This document shows, piece after piece, positions 21,390-32,797 of a stretch of 64,000 nucleotides of DNA. Both the position numbers and the translations under genes were made by a program. This DNA comes from a virus, in the IMG/VR virus record IMGVR_UViG_3300029266_000670, positions 4,806-68,805 of that record. One strand, written 5' to 3'. The notes beneath the pieces were generated by a model that was not told the DNA's origin, searched no databases, and was given only the letters and a program-made list of their open reading frames with translations. Each line of letters opens with the position of its first letter. The stretch's first letter is position 1.

Positions 21390-23597
21390 CTATTCCTGTT
21401 TAAAAACTGTGACAGACTGAACGTCGAACCCTGATGGAATATTGACACTAGATCCCTCCACCATTGGCCAACTGTGACTGAAAGAGAGCTGGCGATTCAA
21501 AGTTTCTTGGTATATCGCACATACAAAGTTCGTACTGGAGTTGGGTGGATAATACATCGCTTGGAGTACATCCGAGCCGGCTCGTCCGCCGGAAGTCACA
21601 ACCACCATGATTGGTTTACCTGATTGGTAATACCATCTTCTATTTTCTGTCGCTTGAATCTTTGACCCCCCGCTAGCCGAATTGTAGAAGAATGATGCCG
21701 TACTCTTGGCGTCCACACAACTCTGTCCATATTTACCCACAGTTGGAGAGGCCCCAATCGCATCTCGTACCGCCTTCTCTGAAACGAGGTGGTTGTCACT
21801 AGTGTCCGTTACTCGTACTGAGTCTCTGAAGAATGTAACTCTATTGGAAGCGGGATTTGCAAATTTAAAACCACCAGATCCAATTGCTAAATCCACACCA
21901 GACGCTGAATCATTTACGATTGGTTGTGCGCCAGTTCCAATTCCTACTCCATCCTTCTTAACCTCAAAGGTTGGAGTCGAATCCGAACTTAGATGGTATA
22001 CCGCAAAGTTATCGTTATAAATACCGTCAAGTTTTACTTGCACACCGTCTGTAGAATCAACACCACTTCCGATACTAATTCTTGGTTTATTGGTTCCATC
22101 CACCTGAACTTGTAGAGCATTTTTTTCAGATGCAGTCTCTGGGAATCCGCCTTTATATAACAGAACAGGTCTAAACTTGTCTGCTGCATTTAGGTTACTA
22201 TCGTATACTAAAATTTCACCAGCAGTCATGCCAGTTGCATCGACATCGGTAAGATCAACCAGAGGGATTTGTGCAGTCAGATTATCAAGGAATGCGGCTT
22301 GAGATCTTGGGGTATTTTTGATGATCCAGTTCATACCAACATATGGCTGAAGATTGTCTGCTTCTATAGCATCAGTTGGTTCTGTGCCAGACCAATCACC
22401 TGCACCCGCAGAAACTTGAAGAGGGATTAAATCATACGCACCACCGATTTGACCTCTGATGAAGTCTCTATCTGCTGGGATGACAGTTCCTTTTCCATTT
22501 GTAGTTTCACCAAGAACAACTTTACCTCGAAGATCAGGAACTCGTACATGAGTAACTTCTGTTGTATATGTTATGTCTGTAGAGTCAGTGTCGGAAATCC
22601 TATCCTGAGATCCGTGAGCAACTCCTGTGGGATCTGTTTGTCCAACAGTTATAGGAGTTCCAGAACCAAAGGACTTTAAGTTTGTTGACGGCGTGGTTGG
22701 ATCATTACCAGAACCATTTAGATAAATGCTAACATTAGTATTTTCGTAATCAATTTCGGTTTGATCTGAGTATGTACCTTGGGGAACAAATCCTCCGTTG
22801 TAGGTATCAATATCAAGGTAATCCATATCGGCAACATAATAATTAGAACCTACTTCTACTATTACTCCACTATATCTGTAATTTTCGCCGTGGTAAACAT
22901 ATTGACCTACCTGTGGTGTTACTCTCGTAACAGTGTTTGATCCATCAAATGCACTACCTCCCCAGTTCTGACTGAGAGTTACCTTGAGATAGAATCCATA
23001 AGATCTACCAAGTCGTGTATATAGTTCTGGATATGTTGATATAGGCAATCCATTTCCGTCACATAAACTCCATGTATTTGGAATATCTGTAACTGCACCA
23101 GCGAATGGTTGAATTGTTCCTACGGGTTGTACTGTGTCTAATGATACGGTGGAAGAACCTCCGATTATCGTACCGACATAGTTAGTGACTATTGCCTTAT
23201 CGTCACTTGTTTTGACTACAACTGGTTTAATTACTTGTCCAGCCGAACTTGGAGGAGTTGGGGTAAGAAGTCCTGCGGTTGTACCCGAAAGAAAGAATAC
23301 ATCATTATCTCCAATTGCGAAGTCTGATCCAAATGCATCAGATGCAACTTCTCCCGCGTAGGTTAAAACGAATGTACTGGGACCTGAAATTTCAGAGATA
23401 ACACCAACTACTTCAGATTCTTCTGCACTGGTTGCAATCGCAGCCATGTACTTATCGCCTGTAATTCCTGTAGCAGAAGCATTATTATAACGAATAGCCA
23501 TACCAGCAGTAAAGCCGTGAGCAGTTTGCGAAATGGTATTCTGGACAGATTTACCGTCTGCTGCTCCACCTGTAAGTTTGATATGACTATATGCCAA
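21390..23597 (-). CDS. Tail fibre with tail-collar domain
   Basis: PVGTIQPFAG..IPNTWSLCDG....YPELY...VPDLRGKVVLG...NLQPYVGMNWIIK. Confidence 0.8.
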   Translation of the reverse strand: MAYSHIKLTGGAADGKSVQNTISQTAHGFTAGMAIRYNNASATGITGDKYMAAIATSAEESEVVGVISEISGPSTFVLTYAGEVASDAFGSDFAIGDNDVFFLSGTTAGLLTPTPPSSAGQVIKPVVVKTSDDKAIVTNYVGTIIGGSSTVSLDTVQPVGTIQPFAGAVTDIPNTWSLCDGNGLPISTYPELYTRLGRSYGFYLKVTLSQNWGGSAFDGSNTVTRVTPQVGQYVYHGENYRYSGVIVEVGSNYYVADMDYLDIDTYNGGFVPQGTYSDQTEIDYENTNVSIYLNGSGNDPTTPSTNLKSFGSGTPITVGQTDPTGVAHGSQDRISDTDSTDITYTTEVTHVRVPDLRGKVVLGETTNGKGTVIPADRDFIRGQIGGAYDLIPLQVSAGAGDWSGTEPTDAIEADNLQPYVGMNWIIKNTPRSQAAFLDNLTAQIPLVDLTDVDATGMTAGEILVYDSNLNAADKFRPVLLYKGGFPETASEKNALQVQVDGTNKPRISIGSGVDSTDGVQVKLDGIYNDNFAVYHLSSDSTPTFEVKKDGVGIGTGAQPIVNDSASGVDLAIGSGGFKFANPASNRVTFFRDSVRVTDTSDNHLVSEKAVRDAIGASPTVGKYGQSCVDAKSTASFFYNSASGGSKIQATENRRWYYQSGKPIMVVVTSGGRAGSDVLQAMYYPPNSSTNFVCAIYQETLNRQLSFSHSWPMVEGSSVNIPSGFDVQSVTVFKQE

Positions 23598-23623
23598 TGG
23601 GAATCTCCTTTAAAGTATGTATG

Positions 23624-26600
23624 TCAAAGTTCAGCATCTGCTGTGTAATTACAGTGAGCGGTCACATAAAAATGAGCATTCCCATCATCTTCAATTGTTA
23701 TCGAGTGAATACCTCGTTGCGATGACAATTTCGACGTAACTGCTATATCCGTTGCCGTTCCGCTGCTCAAGTCCCCATTCGAAAAAGTGGTACTAAACTG
23801 AGTCAAGCGTATAGTATTTTCGGTTCCTGCTAAACCGTATATGGAACATCCCGGGAATGTACGCATATGTACAGGGAAATCGATATCAACACTGGCAGTG
23901 TTATTTATGGATAACTCGGTGAAGGAAACTTTAGAGGGGAAGTCGCTCGTTGTCGGAGCAAGATGTGGAGCAAGCGATTTGTTGTAGTATCTTTGGGCCA
24001 GTGCCAACTCTGTACCAGAATCAATAATTTCAAACTCTGTTGCTCGGGAACCTTCTTCTACCTGAACCTGAGCGATACTCAGAGTTCCTGTGTATTTAAT
24101 ATCAGTTCCTGCCGAATCTGTTCCAAGTTGTCCTGCTTTAGCATATGTGGCAATTGCAACACCCATATATGAATCTGGGAATCCATTAGAATCCAAACCT
24201 TCAGATGAAACCGAGTTCGGAAGATCTCTAACACGGGTAGTTACCGTATATCGTTTCCATTGATCTTGTGCAACAGCAATAGTGTTTACCTGTTGATAAT
24301 CTGTAGCAAGACCAGATCCATATGATCTTTCGAGACTGACTAGTGCTGTTCCTGCAACAGTTCCTTTAGCCCAGAATGAAATTGTTACGTTCTTAGCAGC
24401 GAGTGTTCTTGCGTCTTCAATTTTCTGAATTAGGTAAGAGTATCCGTTTGCATCGGGACTTCCTGCATTATCATAACCCTGTATATCCATATAATATTGT
24501 GGATAATGGGGAACTGCATTTTGACTAAACGAGAATGCTTCTCTTTTAATACTACGAACACCAGTTGTTAGGTTTTCTTTTCTTTGCCATCTGTCTGCAC
24601 TATATAAATCACCTGCTGTGGTTAATGCACTTGCAGTTCCAACTGCTCTCTGCCATAGATCAAAGTCTCCGTTAATTACCAAATTCTTTCGTGATGTGTA
24701 CGACTGACGGGGACGAGTGAGGGAGTTATCTGCTACTTGATTCACACCTATAATTGTAATACCGATGGAGTCGGCCTGATTATTCGCAAAACCCGTAGGA
24801 TTGGTGTGTAGCCAGATATTTGATCTAAATGTTATTTGAGTCTGACCCGTAGCAATTGGAAGCGTAAAGGAAGAACCAGAACCTTGCTGAATATTCTGCT
24901 GATTGTTTGGGTGTTGATTGTTGTTGAAGTTGACTAGTCTGTATGTGCCTGTATTTTCGTCAAAGTATTCTAGATAATGTAAAAAGTAATCATCGTCGAA
25001 AGTGGTCATAACTTCAAATGAACGGGCCAGTGCAGGTTTATATCCATTCCCCTGCATAGCAGCAATGTCTATTGTCCATACACTTTCTGCTGCGTTAGAC
25101 CGCCCTACAGAATATACCTCTGTTTCAGAGTTATAGAAGTATTCGTTCATAGACGCAACGAAGACGGTGTGTACTCGGTATGGATCTCCGAATCCGCCCC
25201 CAAGACCACCGTTAACATTCTCTCCGAGACGAATCCACCCGAGTGGATCATATGTACTATCTGGATTCTGGGCAAGAAGTTCACCACCACCGATGTCGTA
25301 GTTGGTTATGCTGATGTATTCAGTATCCCCACCCAAGATCTGAGTACCATCGGGTAGACTTCCGAGTCCTCTTGCACGAATGATGTACGCAAGAGTGAAG
25401 TATGGTGGGAGGTTTTCGTGTGCTGCACCACCACCCTGTGGTTTAACACTCGCTGATGTGGTAAATTCATACCCACCGCCGTCCACCCCTATGAAAGTTT
25501 CTCTACCGGCGTTGGGGTTTCCTCGATCTCCCGTCCAATAATAATCTTTGAGTTCAGGATTCGCATGGTTGAAATCGTCGTTATCGGGCTGTCTCTGGTT
25601 TTCCTCAGTCTGGGGGTGATTGTGAGAGGGCATCTCGTCAATGGTTAGTTGGTGAGTCTTAGATCCACCAACTCCGGAGATGCTTAATTCGTCAAAATCA
25701 TTGTCATCTGGATTGTAACCAACAACGAATCTACCACGGAGATCTGGGACTTGGAATGAACTTTGAGTTCCACCATATTTACTACCGATGGCTTGCCAAA
25801 GATCTTCGTAATCACTATTAGTTCCATCTAGTACCGTACCGTCGCAAAGGACAAACCCATCGGGGATTGCACTTATTTCTCCCGACCATGCCATGATTGC
25901 TCCAACTGGAACATCGGAGATGAAGTCTTCTACTTCACCTCCTTCTTGTATACCACGCCAGTTGGTTATGATCCCACCAGAAATTCCGTCCGAGACAAAT
26001 ACTGGTTTGTTCACTCCACCCAAACCAACAGCGAATGCTGGGTCTGCGCCCGAGATTATGTTAGCACTAACAGCGGGATCGACTGTAGTTGGATTGAGAT
26101 AGAAAACCTCGCCTGCATTTGTATCGGTTGGAACATTACCACCCGCAATTTCAAATTTACCAGACATAACAACACTGACAGCGGCTGTTATTCCCCCGAT
26201 TCCTATGTTGTCAATAATACCTACAACATCTGAACCTTCGGGTGTCGTATCACATCTCTTAATTTTTCCTGCTTCTGTTGATCCGTCATTTATTGATCCA
26301 ATTCTAACTGCATCACCCCAAGTCAACCCGTGACCTTCTTGTAGTACAATTATTCTATTGGACTTCAAAGAAGCCGCTGCATCTTGAATTATATTAACTT
26401 CTCCGCCAATATAATTCTTAACAATTGCTCTATCACTACCGAGAGCAATCAAAACGGTTTTTTGGATTTGGTTTGTACTCTCTGGCTTTGATGCGGTAAC
26501 TTGACCAGAAGTTGTCGATAGGAAGTATGCATTGCCTGGACTGAGTGTTGATGACTCATCCGTTATATCCGAAAAGTTTCCTATAATTTCTCCTGCTAGG

Positions 26601-27460
26601 GTGATCTCAAATTTGTTATCATCATAATATCGAGAGACAACACCAACAACTTCGGCTTCTGCTCGGGAAACTGCGGTTGCTTTTGCATAGTCGCCATCCG
26701 ACTTCATGTATACAGGCATACCGAAACTAAATCCGTGGCTTGATTGATCAACAGTAATCTTGTTTGCACCATTGACAATACTGACGTACCCATCGTCATT
26801 GATGTACATTGCATCAGCAGTATGTCCTGTGCCTATTTCTGAATTGAATGCTTGTATTACTGAGTTACTTCCAGTAAGTCCGCCTGTAGTTCCCGCTGTA
26901 AATCCGAAGATTAGTCCCTTGGTTGCGTTCCCCCCAGATGCTCCTGTTGCGATTCTAACCTCGTCTAAGAGGGATTTTCCAGAAGCAAGAGCAATGTTCT
27001 GGTTAGAATTCCATGCCGCGTTTGGGTACTTCCAGAGGAACTCTTTGTCTCCACTTGCACCGTTTACTATGATACCACCACCCGCACTGTTGCCCGAGTT
27101 GTTCATGATGAACTCATCGTTGGCTGAGAAACCAGTTCCAGTGTGTCCAAGTATTAGGTTAAAATCATCGACGGTGAACTCTGTTGAGTTGATGGTAGTG
27201 GTTGAACCATTGACCGTAATGTTCCCATTGAAAGTGATATCCTTTTCAATGGTTGAACCGATCTCAATGTGCAATAAACCAGCAGTGTTGTAACCAGCAG
27301 AGATACCGTCACCAGCAGAACCACCAGAAGTGGCAACATCATAAATCATCAGACGATTTAATTTGTCAATGATGGAGTTGTTAGTTACAGTGAACCATTC
27401 GTGGAATGTATCACTTAAAACTAAGTCAGGAATATCGTGTGTGTTTAATTCAACGCCCAT
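23624..27460 (-). CDS. Large tail fibre (gp9/10-like N-terminus, collar domain, CBM-like domain)
   Basis: SDTFHEW...N; PVGAIMAWSG..IPDGFVLCDG...VPDLRGRFVVG...HENLPPYFTLAYII; KNLVINGDFDLWQR. Confidence 0.8.
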   Translation of the reverse strand: MGVELNTHDIPDLVLSDTFHEWFTVTNNSIIDKLNRLMIYDVATSGGSAGDGISAGYNTAGLLHIEIGSTIEKDITFNGNITVNGSTTTINSTEFTVDDFNLILGHTGTGFSANDEFIMNNSGNSAGGGIIVNGASGDKEFLWKYPNAAWNSNQNIALASGKSLLDEVRIATGASGGNATKGLIFGFTAGTTGGLTGSNSVIQAFNSEIGTGHTADAMYINDDGYVSIVNGANKITVDQSSHGFSFGMPVYMKSDGDYAKATAVSRAEAEVVGVVSRYYDDNKFEITLAGEIIGNFSDITDESSTLSPGNAYFLSTTSGQVTASKPESTNQIQKTVLIALGSDRAIVKNYIGGEVNIIQDAAASLKSNRIIVLQEGHGLTWGDAVRIGSINDGSTEAGKIKRCDTTPEGSDVVGIIDNIGIGGITAAVSVVMSGKFEIAGGNVPTDTNAGEVFYLNPTTVDPAVSANIISGADPAFAVGLGGVNKPVFVSDGISGGIITNWRGIQEGGEVEDFISDVPVGAIMAWSGEISAIPDGFVLCDGTVLDGTNSDYEDLWQAIGSKYGGTQSSFQVPDLRGRFVVGYNPDDNDFDELSISGVGGSKTHQLTIDEMPSHNHPQTEENQRQPDNDDFNHANPELKDYYWTGDRGNPNAGRETFIGVDGGGYEFTTSASVKPQGGGAAHENLPPYFTLAYIIRARGLGSLPDGTQILGGDTEYISITNYDIGGGELLAQNPDSTYDPLGWIRLGENVNGGLGGGFGDPYRVHTVFVASMNEYFYNSETEVYSVGRSNAAESVWTIDIAAMQGNGYKPALARSFEVMTTFDDDYFLHYLEYFDENTGTYRLVNFNNNQHPNNQQNIQQGSGSSFTLPIATGQTQITFRSNIWLHTNPTGFANNQADSIGITIIGVNQVADNSLTRPRQSYTSRKNLVINGDFDLWQRAVGTASALTTAGDLYSADRWQRKENLTTGVRSIKREAFSFSQNAVPHYPQYYMDIQGYDNAGSPDANGYSYLIQKIEDARTLAAKNVTISFWAKGTVAGTALVSLERSYGSGLATDYQQVNTIAVAQDQWKRYTVTTRVRDLPNSVSSEGLDSNGFPDSYMGVAIATYAKAGQLGTDSAGTDIKYTGTLSIAQVQVEEGSRATEFEIIDSGTELALAQRYYNKSLAPHLAPTTSDFPSKVSFTELSINNTASVDIDFPVHMRTFPGCSIYGLAGTENTIRLTQFSTTFSNGDLSSGTATDIAVTSKLSSQRGIHSITIEDDGNAHFYVTAHCNYTADAEL

Positions 27461-27635
27461 TGACTAATCTCTCTAGTAAAGTTTTCATGGAAGATATATC
27501 ATTCTTCATGGTATGTATCTCATTTTCCATTCTTAATATTTTGTTTATTTTGTGAGTTTCATTATTTTCGTTATACAATAATGCATTTGTTCTTGTGTCT
27601 CTTAATAAATCAGATCGTCCTTCTACGGACATCAT
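27450..27635 (-). CDS. Small conserved T4-like protein
   Basis: VEGRSDLLRD.RTNALL plus coiled coil; this type of ORF typically follows the VrlC-like gene. Confidence 0.6.
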   Translation of the reverse strand: MMSVEGRSDLLRDTRTNALLYNENNETHKINKILRMENEIHTMKNDISSMKTLLERLVNGR

Positions 27636-30600
27636 GATGTATGCTCCAGAGCAACTGCTTTGATAGATTTGACCACTGGTACTCTAGAACTGTTGCTGCT
27701 ATATAGACAAACTTTAACAGAAAACGAATCGTAAGGAATTCCTATTGATGGTAGATTAAACGATTCTGTTATAATATTATTTTCAGATTCGGAGAAAGTC
27801 TCGGTATTTTTTCTCACCAGTTGGATATATCGTTGATCATCAAACGATCCGCTCAATCTACTATCTGCCTTTACAAATACTTGTATCTGAGAACCCTCGG
27901 GTTTAATATAATCAACCGAAACATCGAAATCATTCGCTCTATTGTTTTTATTTAGTACAATTCTCTTTGTTATGTACCTAACGTCCGAACCAGAATCAGT
28001 TCCGTATGGGTTTGTTTCATCGGATACTTCTGCGTTATTATCAATTTCATTATTAATTACATTTTCGATGTGAATTACATTAGTATTTAAGGTATCAACG
28101 ACTGGAGAAACTTTATTAGTTCCGTTGGTCATTAGTAGTTTAAATGTTCCAGCGGCAGAAGATATTGAATTTGGTATAGTTTTGATATTAGTATTCTCTT
28201 CTATTCCTGCACCACCCAGTATAGAGGATTCGGTTATAGATTTACCAGTTCCTGTTGGAAGTAATATATTAGAGTTGAATCTTATCAAATTACTAGAATG
28301 CAGGGAATCTGAATTGATTGCTGTGAATGTTAATTCATTAGTAGTCGTTGTGTTGAAGTTACACCGAGTTAATGTGAATTTTACATCCTTAGTAACGTCG
28401 GGTTGGGCTACATTTGTGTTTTGAGGTCTGTATAGATTTCCACCATATACTGGTTTCTGAATTCTATTGATTGATTCGGTGGAACTAGAAAGTTCATCCA
28501 AACCAATTGTGGCAGTGTATAAATTATAATCTCTACTGTTGGTAACAAAACATATGGCATATTCACCAGGCTCTAAGAATATGGGCGAACGGAAGTTTAC
28601 CCGTGTTGAGGTTTCTGGATAAACAGAGTTTATATTGATATCTTCTGGGTATAATACTTTTTCTGAGAAAGGAATTATTGCAGATGGATGTGGATTTCCA
28701 TTCTTAGTGGGTCGTATCTGAATTGTTATTGGTAGCGTACTGTCCTTGGATGAGAAGTACAGGTATAGAGACTGTAGGAAGATTCCGCGAGAATTCTCAG
28801 ATTCGTCAACAAAGAATGTTTGAGAAAGAGGATCGACCCACTGGTAAAACACACTAGTTTTTAAGGATTCTTTTCTACTGTTTACATCCGTGGGTATGGC
28901 AGAACTGTTGACTGTTTGCTTTCTTCTGATTATAGGTCTAACCGAAGACACGCCCTGAGATCTAGTTTCGTATAATCCCTGAGAATGAATCACAACTTCT
29001 GCTATTGTGTTTGCAGATGAAATTGTATTCGTATCATTATCAATAAACCGAAGTGTTCGTTTTCCAGTTAGGAAAGACTTTGTAGGAATAGTTAAAGTCA
29101 ACCCAGAAATTTTACCGGTATCATCAGAAACTAAAGTATTCGAAACTCCTGTAGCATCTGTAATATAGGAAATGACATTGGTATTGTCCATAAACGCAAA
29201 CATTGTCGTATTTGGTTTAAGATTATGAACTGTTACCGAATATGATTTGGATCTCATGTAAGGAACTACAGTAACGTCTACAGTTTTTCCTTTCAAAGTT
29301 CTTGTGATATGATCTGGGAATGATTTAAGATCTGGAACTAGTTCTTGTGCCTTTTGCTCAATGCTCTTTGTACTTCTTTCAATCACTAATTCTCGTTCAA
29401 ACAAAGATCGAATAGTATTTAACTTTTCATTTACTCTTGGAATTGACAGAAGAGATTCAGTTTTTTCGTCACCAAGTTTTCGTAGGGATCCAACACCAGA
29501 CCAGATACTTTCCCAATCATTCCATTGAGATCCGAATCCGACTTTAGTATCATCGAACGAAGTCGCCAACCAAGCGTCATTTTCTCCCATAGTATTTGAT
29601 CGTACAAAAGGTCTTTCTGTTTGATCAAACCATGTATCAATTGGATTATCGATATCGATAGTTCCTACCCAGTTTGTTAACTGATATGGGTTTACCGATA
29701 TCGTTTCGCTTGCTTTATTTTGTTCTGCTAGAGTTAAACCATCACTCGCATAGTCGATAGTAGCAATACCATCGCCACTTATAGTAATTCCACTTACTGC
29801 TGTAGTAAAGTCATAATTGTAGGAATTAAAGGATGGTCTTAATTCTTTGTTCTGAAAATCTATTGAACATTTATAGTCGTCATTTGAAACGTCAGATATT
29901 GAATGTCCATTAAAATCATCAACGAGGATGGCTCTTTTTTCTGCTTCTCCTACACCATTGGATCTGTTCTCAAAATATTGAGAATCGACTTTAGATTCTA
30001 CGCTGGAAAGGGAACTTAAGATTTCTATTTTTTCTAATCTTCTGTTTACATCTCCAATATCTTCCATCGTAAATCTCTTATTAGAAAGAGCCTCTACATT
30101 AACATCATTTGGATTATGTGTGTATGCAGGGTATGTCAATTTGTAAATTGGAAGTGTATTATCTTTATCTTGTGGTGCTTGTGGAGAAAGACTTGGTGAG
30201 CCATGGACAACTTCGAATGTCGAAGTTTCATCATTGAAGTTTCTCTTCAGAACTAATTTATCAATTCTAGGAAGATAGTATTCATGTGATACTGATATGA
30301 CATCACTAGATCTAGATCCAGAAGTCTGAGATTCGTTAAGTATGGGTTCTACTTTTAATACTGGACAGACCCCCAATGATGCAGGAGTCGTCTGGTTTAC
30401 ATCATCAGAACGATCATAATTTCTTATAAATCTAAAATCAACACAAGAAGTAAGTGATACGGTTCTACCCGTGGACTTGCTGGTAAAAAGAGGGATATCT
30501 TCGTACTCAAAATTTTCTGCTACTCCAACTGGATATGAATCTACAGTTAAAAATCCATAAGGGGAGTTACTGTTAGTATGACTAAAATAGTCATAATTTA

Positions 30601-32782
30601 CTATCAATGAAAAACTAAAAGATCCATTCGATTTATAATTATCTTCTTTTGATTTCAAGAAGTATAATCTTCCAAATTCATACACATGATCCCTCTGTCC
30701 GTTATCAAACAGAAAATCATTTATTACACTTACACCCGCACTATTTGTTATTGAATTGATACGAAGAACATCTGCGTGGTTTAATGTGATATAACTTCTG
30801 CCACCTTCGGTTCCTATATCTGCTGACGTAATACTTAAATCTACTGCTGTATTTAAAGTTTTCCTACGAATTGCCTCTGTATAATTTGAATCGTTTTCAG
30901 GCATACTAAATTCTACTGTAGCAACTAATGTATGATCTAAATTTCCCCAAGATGGGTCTCCATCGCTTCCATCTCCATCATTCCCAAAATTAATATTAAG
31001 AGAATTCAATGACTTAGATATATTGTAAGAACCGGGACTAACTAGAACGTTAGATATCGAAGCAGTTTCCTCTTCGCCTTCAATTTGAGTTCTGTATACT
31101 TGATAATACAACATTTTTTCATCAGTTGAAAGATCACCATCATCTCCAACAAAGTTAAAATATTTTGAATCTAAAACAGAATCTAGATCCACTACTGATA
31201 CTATTTTGCTCTGTCCATTCTCTATTAACGATAGGGAAATTTTCTTTTTAGTTCTGACTTCAAGATCTTTAATAGTCTTTACTGTTGTACCCTCATTAAC
31301 GGGAAATACTAGACTACTAGCCTCATCTCTACCATAAACTGAAGTAACTGATCCATGTGCTATCCTATTTTGTATCGATAAGCCTGTACCTAATATTAAA
31401 GTATTACCAACAGCACTATCCAATTCCAGATTATTATTGTCCGTGAATACTATATCAGAAAGGTAAAAATTAAACTTAAGATATTCTGTGCCAGTTAAAG
31501 ACTGTAGACTACTGTTTTGAAATCCTATTATATTTGCAGTTCCAATTAATCGAGTTAAGTTCGAAACAGAATCTTTTGATGCTGCTCGATATAAATTCAC
31601 TGACATGGGAGATTCTATGCCCAAATTATTGTCTCGTATACCTTGCACAAAACTGGGAGCGAGGCTTAGGTATAGATTTCCACTGAACCTATTTCCTAAT
31701 TGTGTAGTCTGTATTTTTCTTAGGGTATTGGAGTTCGTTGTTCTAGCCTTTTCAACATCAATGTATTCAGTCGATTGATTTTCAAACTCGTACCCTTGAA
31801 TATATCCTTTACCAGAACCAACGGCAAGAGAAATCTTATCAGATGATCCGCCTGTATGTTCTATTGTCTCTATTTCAAACGGATCAACAATGTATGATCC
31901 AGATTCATCATATGTTCTTCTGGCTAATGTAGTTTCTAGTTCCGAATAATCGGTTCTTAATGTTTGGTTTGTTATAGATCCTTCGCTATTCATAGTAGCA
32001 AGAGGAACAAAACTATCCCTTTCCGTTGATTCGTAGAACTTAAGATTTAAACTCAGTTTATAACGATCTGCGCCTGGAGCATTGTGGTTGTAAGTTCCTC
32101 TTGCGGGATCTGTTAACGTCAAGTCTTCGTTTGATCCAACGTAATCTGGTGTAACATCAAACCCAAATACACCTGTGGGATAACCCCACGAATCAGAATT
32201 AAATTCCCGTATCGTAGTATTTGCAGCACCAGAGAAGCCTGAAGTATATTGAATTCCAGTTTTTACAAAGTAACCATCAACATAAAATACACCGTCATTC
32301 ACAGAGAATAATTTAGCATTACCTGTAGAAACGACTATACCAGTTTCTAACGTGGCATTAGAAGAAGTTACAGTGACTCCTTCCAAGATGTTACCATAAT
32401 CACCCTTAACAACTTGAACAAAAAGAACCATCGACTTGGGGGTAGTTGTAGTGTCTTCATCTTCTGCATGAATAACTTTAGCCGTAACAGTGTCGTAAGT
32501 GACATCGTGTCCTATGAACGAAGACACATCTGATGTGGTGGTTATTCTAATAAAGTTTACGGTTTGGACTGCACTCTCCGCACCATAAACTTTAGAACCA
32601 TCTTTGAAAATATGATTACCGAATCTCTCTACTTGATTCTGTAGAATAGACTGTAACTGTGTTAATTCTCTAGCCTGAACTGAATATCCAGGTCTAAAAA
32701 GAATTTTTTGATAATTCTTGGTTTCGTCGAAATCATCATAGTAGGGTTCTATGTTGAAAAGTTTGCTATTATAAGATGGCAT
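27632..32782 (-). CDS. VrlC-like / DUF4815 large virion structural protein
   Basis: PYYDDFD..KNYQKILFRPG.SVQARELTQLQSILQNQ, LARRTYDESG.Y, DPLSQTF. Confidence 0.88.
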   Translation of the reverse strand: MPSYNSKLFNIEPYYDDFDETKNYQKILFRPGYSVQARELTQLQSILQNQVERFGNHIFKDGSKVYGAESAVQTVNFIRITTTSDVSSFIGHDVTYDTVTAKVIHAEDEDTTTTPKSMVLFVQVVKGDYGNILEGVTVTSSNATLETGIVVSTGNAKLFSVNDGVFYVDGYFVKTGIQYTSGFSGAANTTIREFNSDSWGYPTGVFGFDVTPDYVGSNEDLTLTDPARGTYNHNAPGADRYKLSLNLKFYESTERDSFVPLATMNSEGSITNQTLRTDYSELETTLARRTYDESGSYIVDPFEIETIEHTGGSSDKISLAVGSGKGYIQGYEFENQSTEYIDVEKARTTNSNTLRKIQTTQLGNRFSGNLYLSLAPSFVQGIRDNNLGIESPMSVNLYRAASKDSVSNLTRLIGTANIIGFQNSSLQSLTGTEYLKFNFYLSDIVFTDNNNLELDSAVGNTLILGTGLSIQNRIAHGSVTSVYGRDEASSLVFPVNEGTTVKTIKDLEVRTKKKISLSLIENGQSKIVSVVDLDSVLDSKYFNFVGDDGDLSTDEKMLYYQVYRTQIEGEEETASISNVLVSPGSYNISKSLNSLNINFGNDGDGSDGDPSWGNLDHTLVATVEFSMPENDSNYTEAIRRKTLNTAVDLSITSADIGTEGGRSYITLNHADVLRINSITNSAGVSVINDFLFDNGQRDHVYEFGRLYFLKSKEDNYKSNGSFSFSLIVNYDYFSHTNSNSPYGFLTVDSYPVGVAENFEYEDIPLFTSKSTGRTVSLTSCVDFRFIRNYDRSDDVNQTTPASLGVCPVLKVEPILNESQTSGSRSSDVISVSHEYYLPRIDKLVLKRNFNDETSTFEVVHGSPSLSPQAPQDKDNTLPIYKLTYPAYTHNPNDVNVEALSNKRFTMEDIGDVNRRLEKIEILSSLSSVESKVDSQYFENRSNGVGEAEKRAILVDDFNGHSISDVSNDDYKCSIDFQNKELRPSFNSYNYDFTTAVSGITISGDGIATIDYASDGLTLAEQNKASETISVNPYQLTNWVGTIDIDNPIDTWFDQTERPFVRSNTMGENDAWLATSFDDTKVGFGSQWNDWESIWSGVGSLRKLGDEKTESLLSIPRVNEKLNTIRSLFERELVIERSTKSIEQKAQELVPDLKSFPDHITRTLKGKTVDVTVVPYMRSKSYSVTVHNLKPNTTMFAFMDNTNVISYITDATGVSNTLVSDDTGKISGLTLTIPTKSFLTGKRTLRFIDNDTNTISSANTIAEVVIHSQGLYETRSQGVSSVRPIIRRKQTVNSSAIPTDVNSRKESLKTSVFYQWVDPLSQTFFVDESENSRGIFLQSLYLYFSSKDSTLPITIQIRPTKNGNPHPSAIIPFSEKVLYPEDININSVYPETSTRVNFRSPIFLEPGEYAICFVTNSRDYNLYTATIGLDELSSSTESINRIQKPVYGGNLYRPQNTNVAQPDVTKDVKFTLTRCNFNTTTTNELTFTAINSDSLHSSNLIRFNSNILLPTGTGKSITESSILGGAGIEENTNIKTIPNSISSAAGTFKLLMTNGTNKVSPVVDTLNTNVIHIENVINNEIDNNAEVSDETNPYGTDSGSDVRYITKRIVLNKNNRANDFDVSVDYIKPEGSQIQVFVKADSRLSGSFDDQRYIQLVRKNTETFSESENNIITESFNLPSIGIPYDSFSVKVCLYSSNSSRVPVVKSIKAVALEHTS

Positions 32783-32797
32783 CTAGATGTTGCTCCT

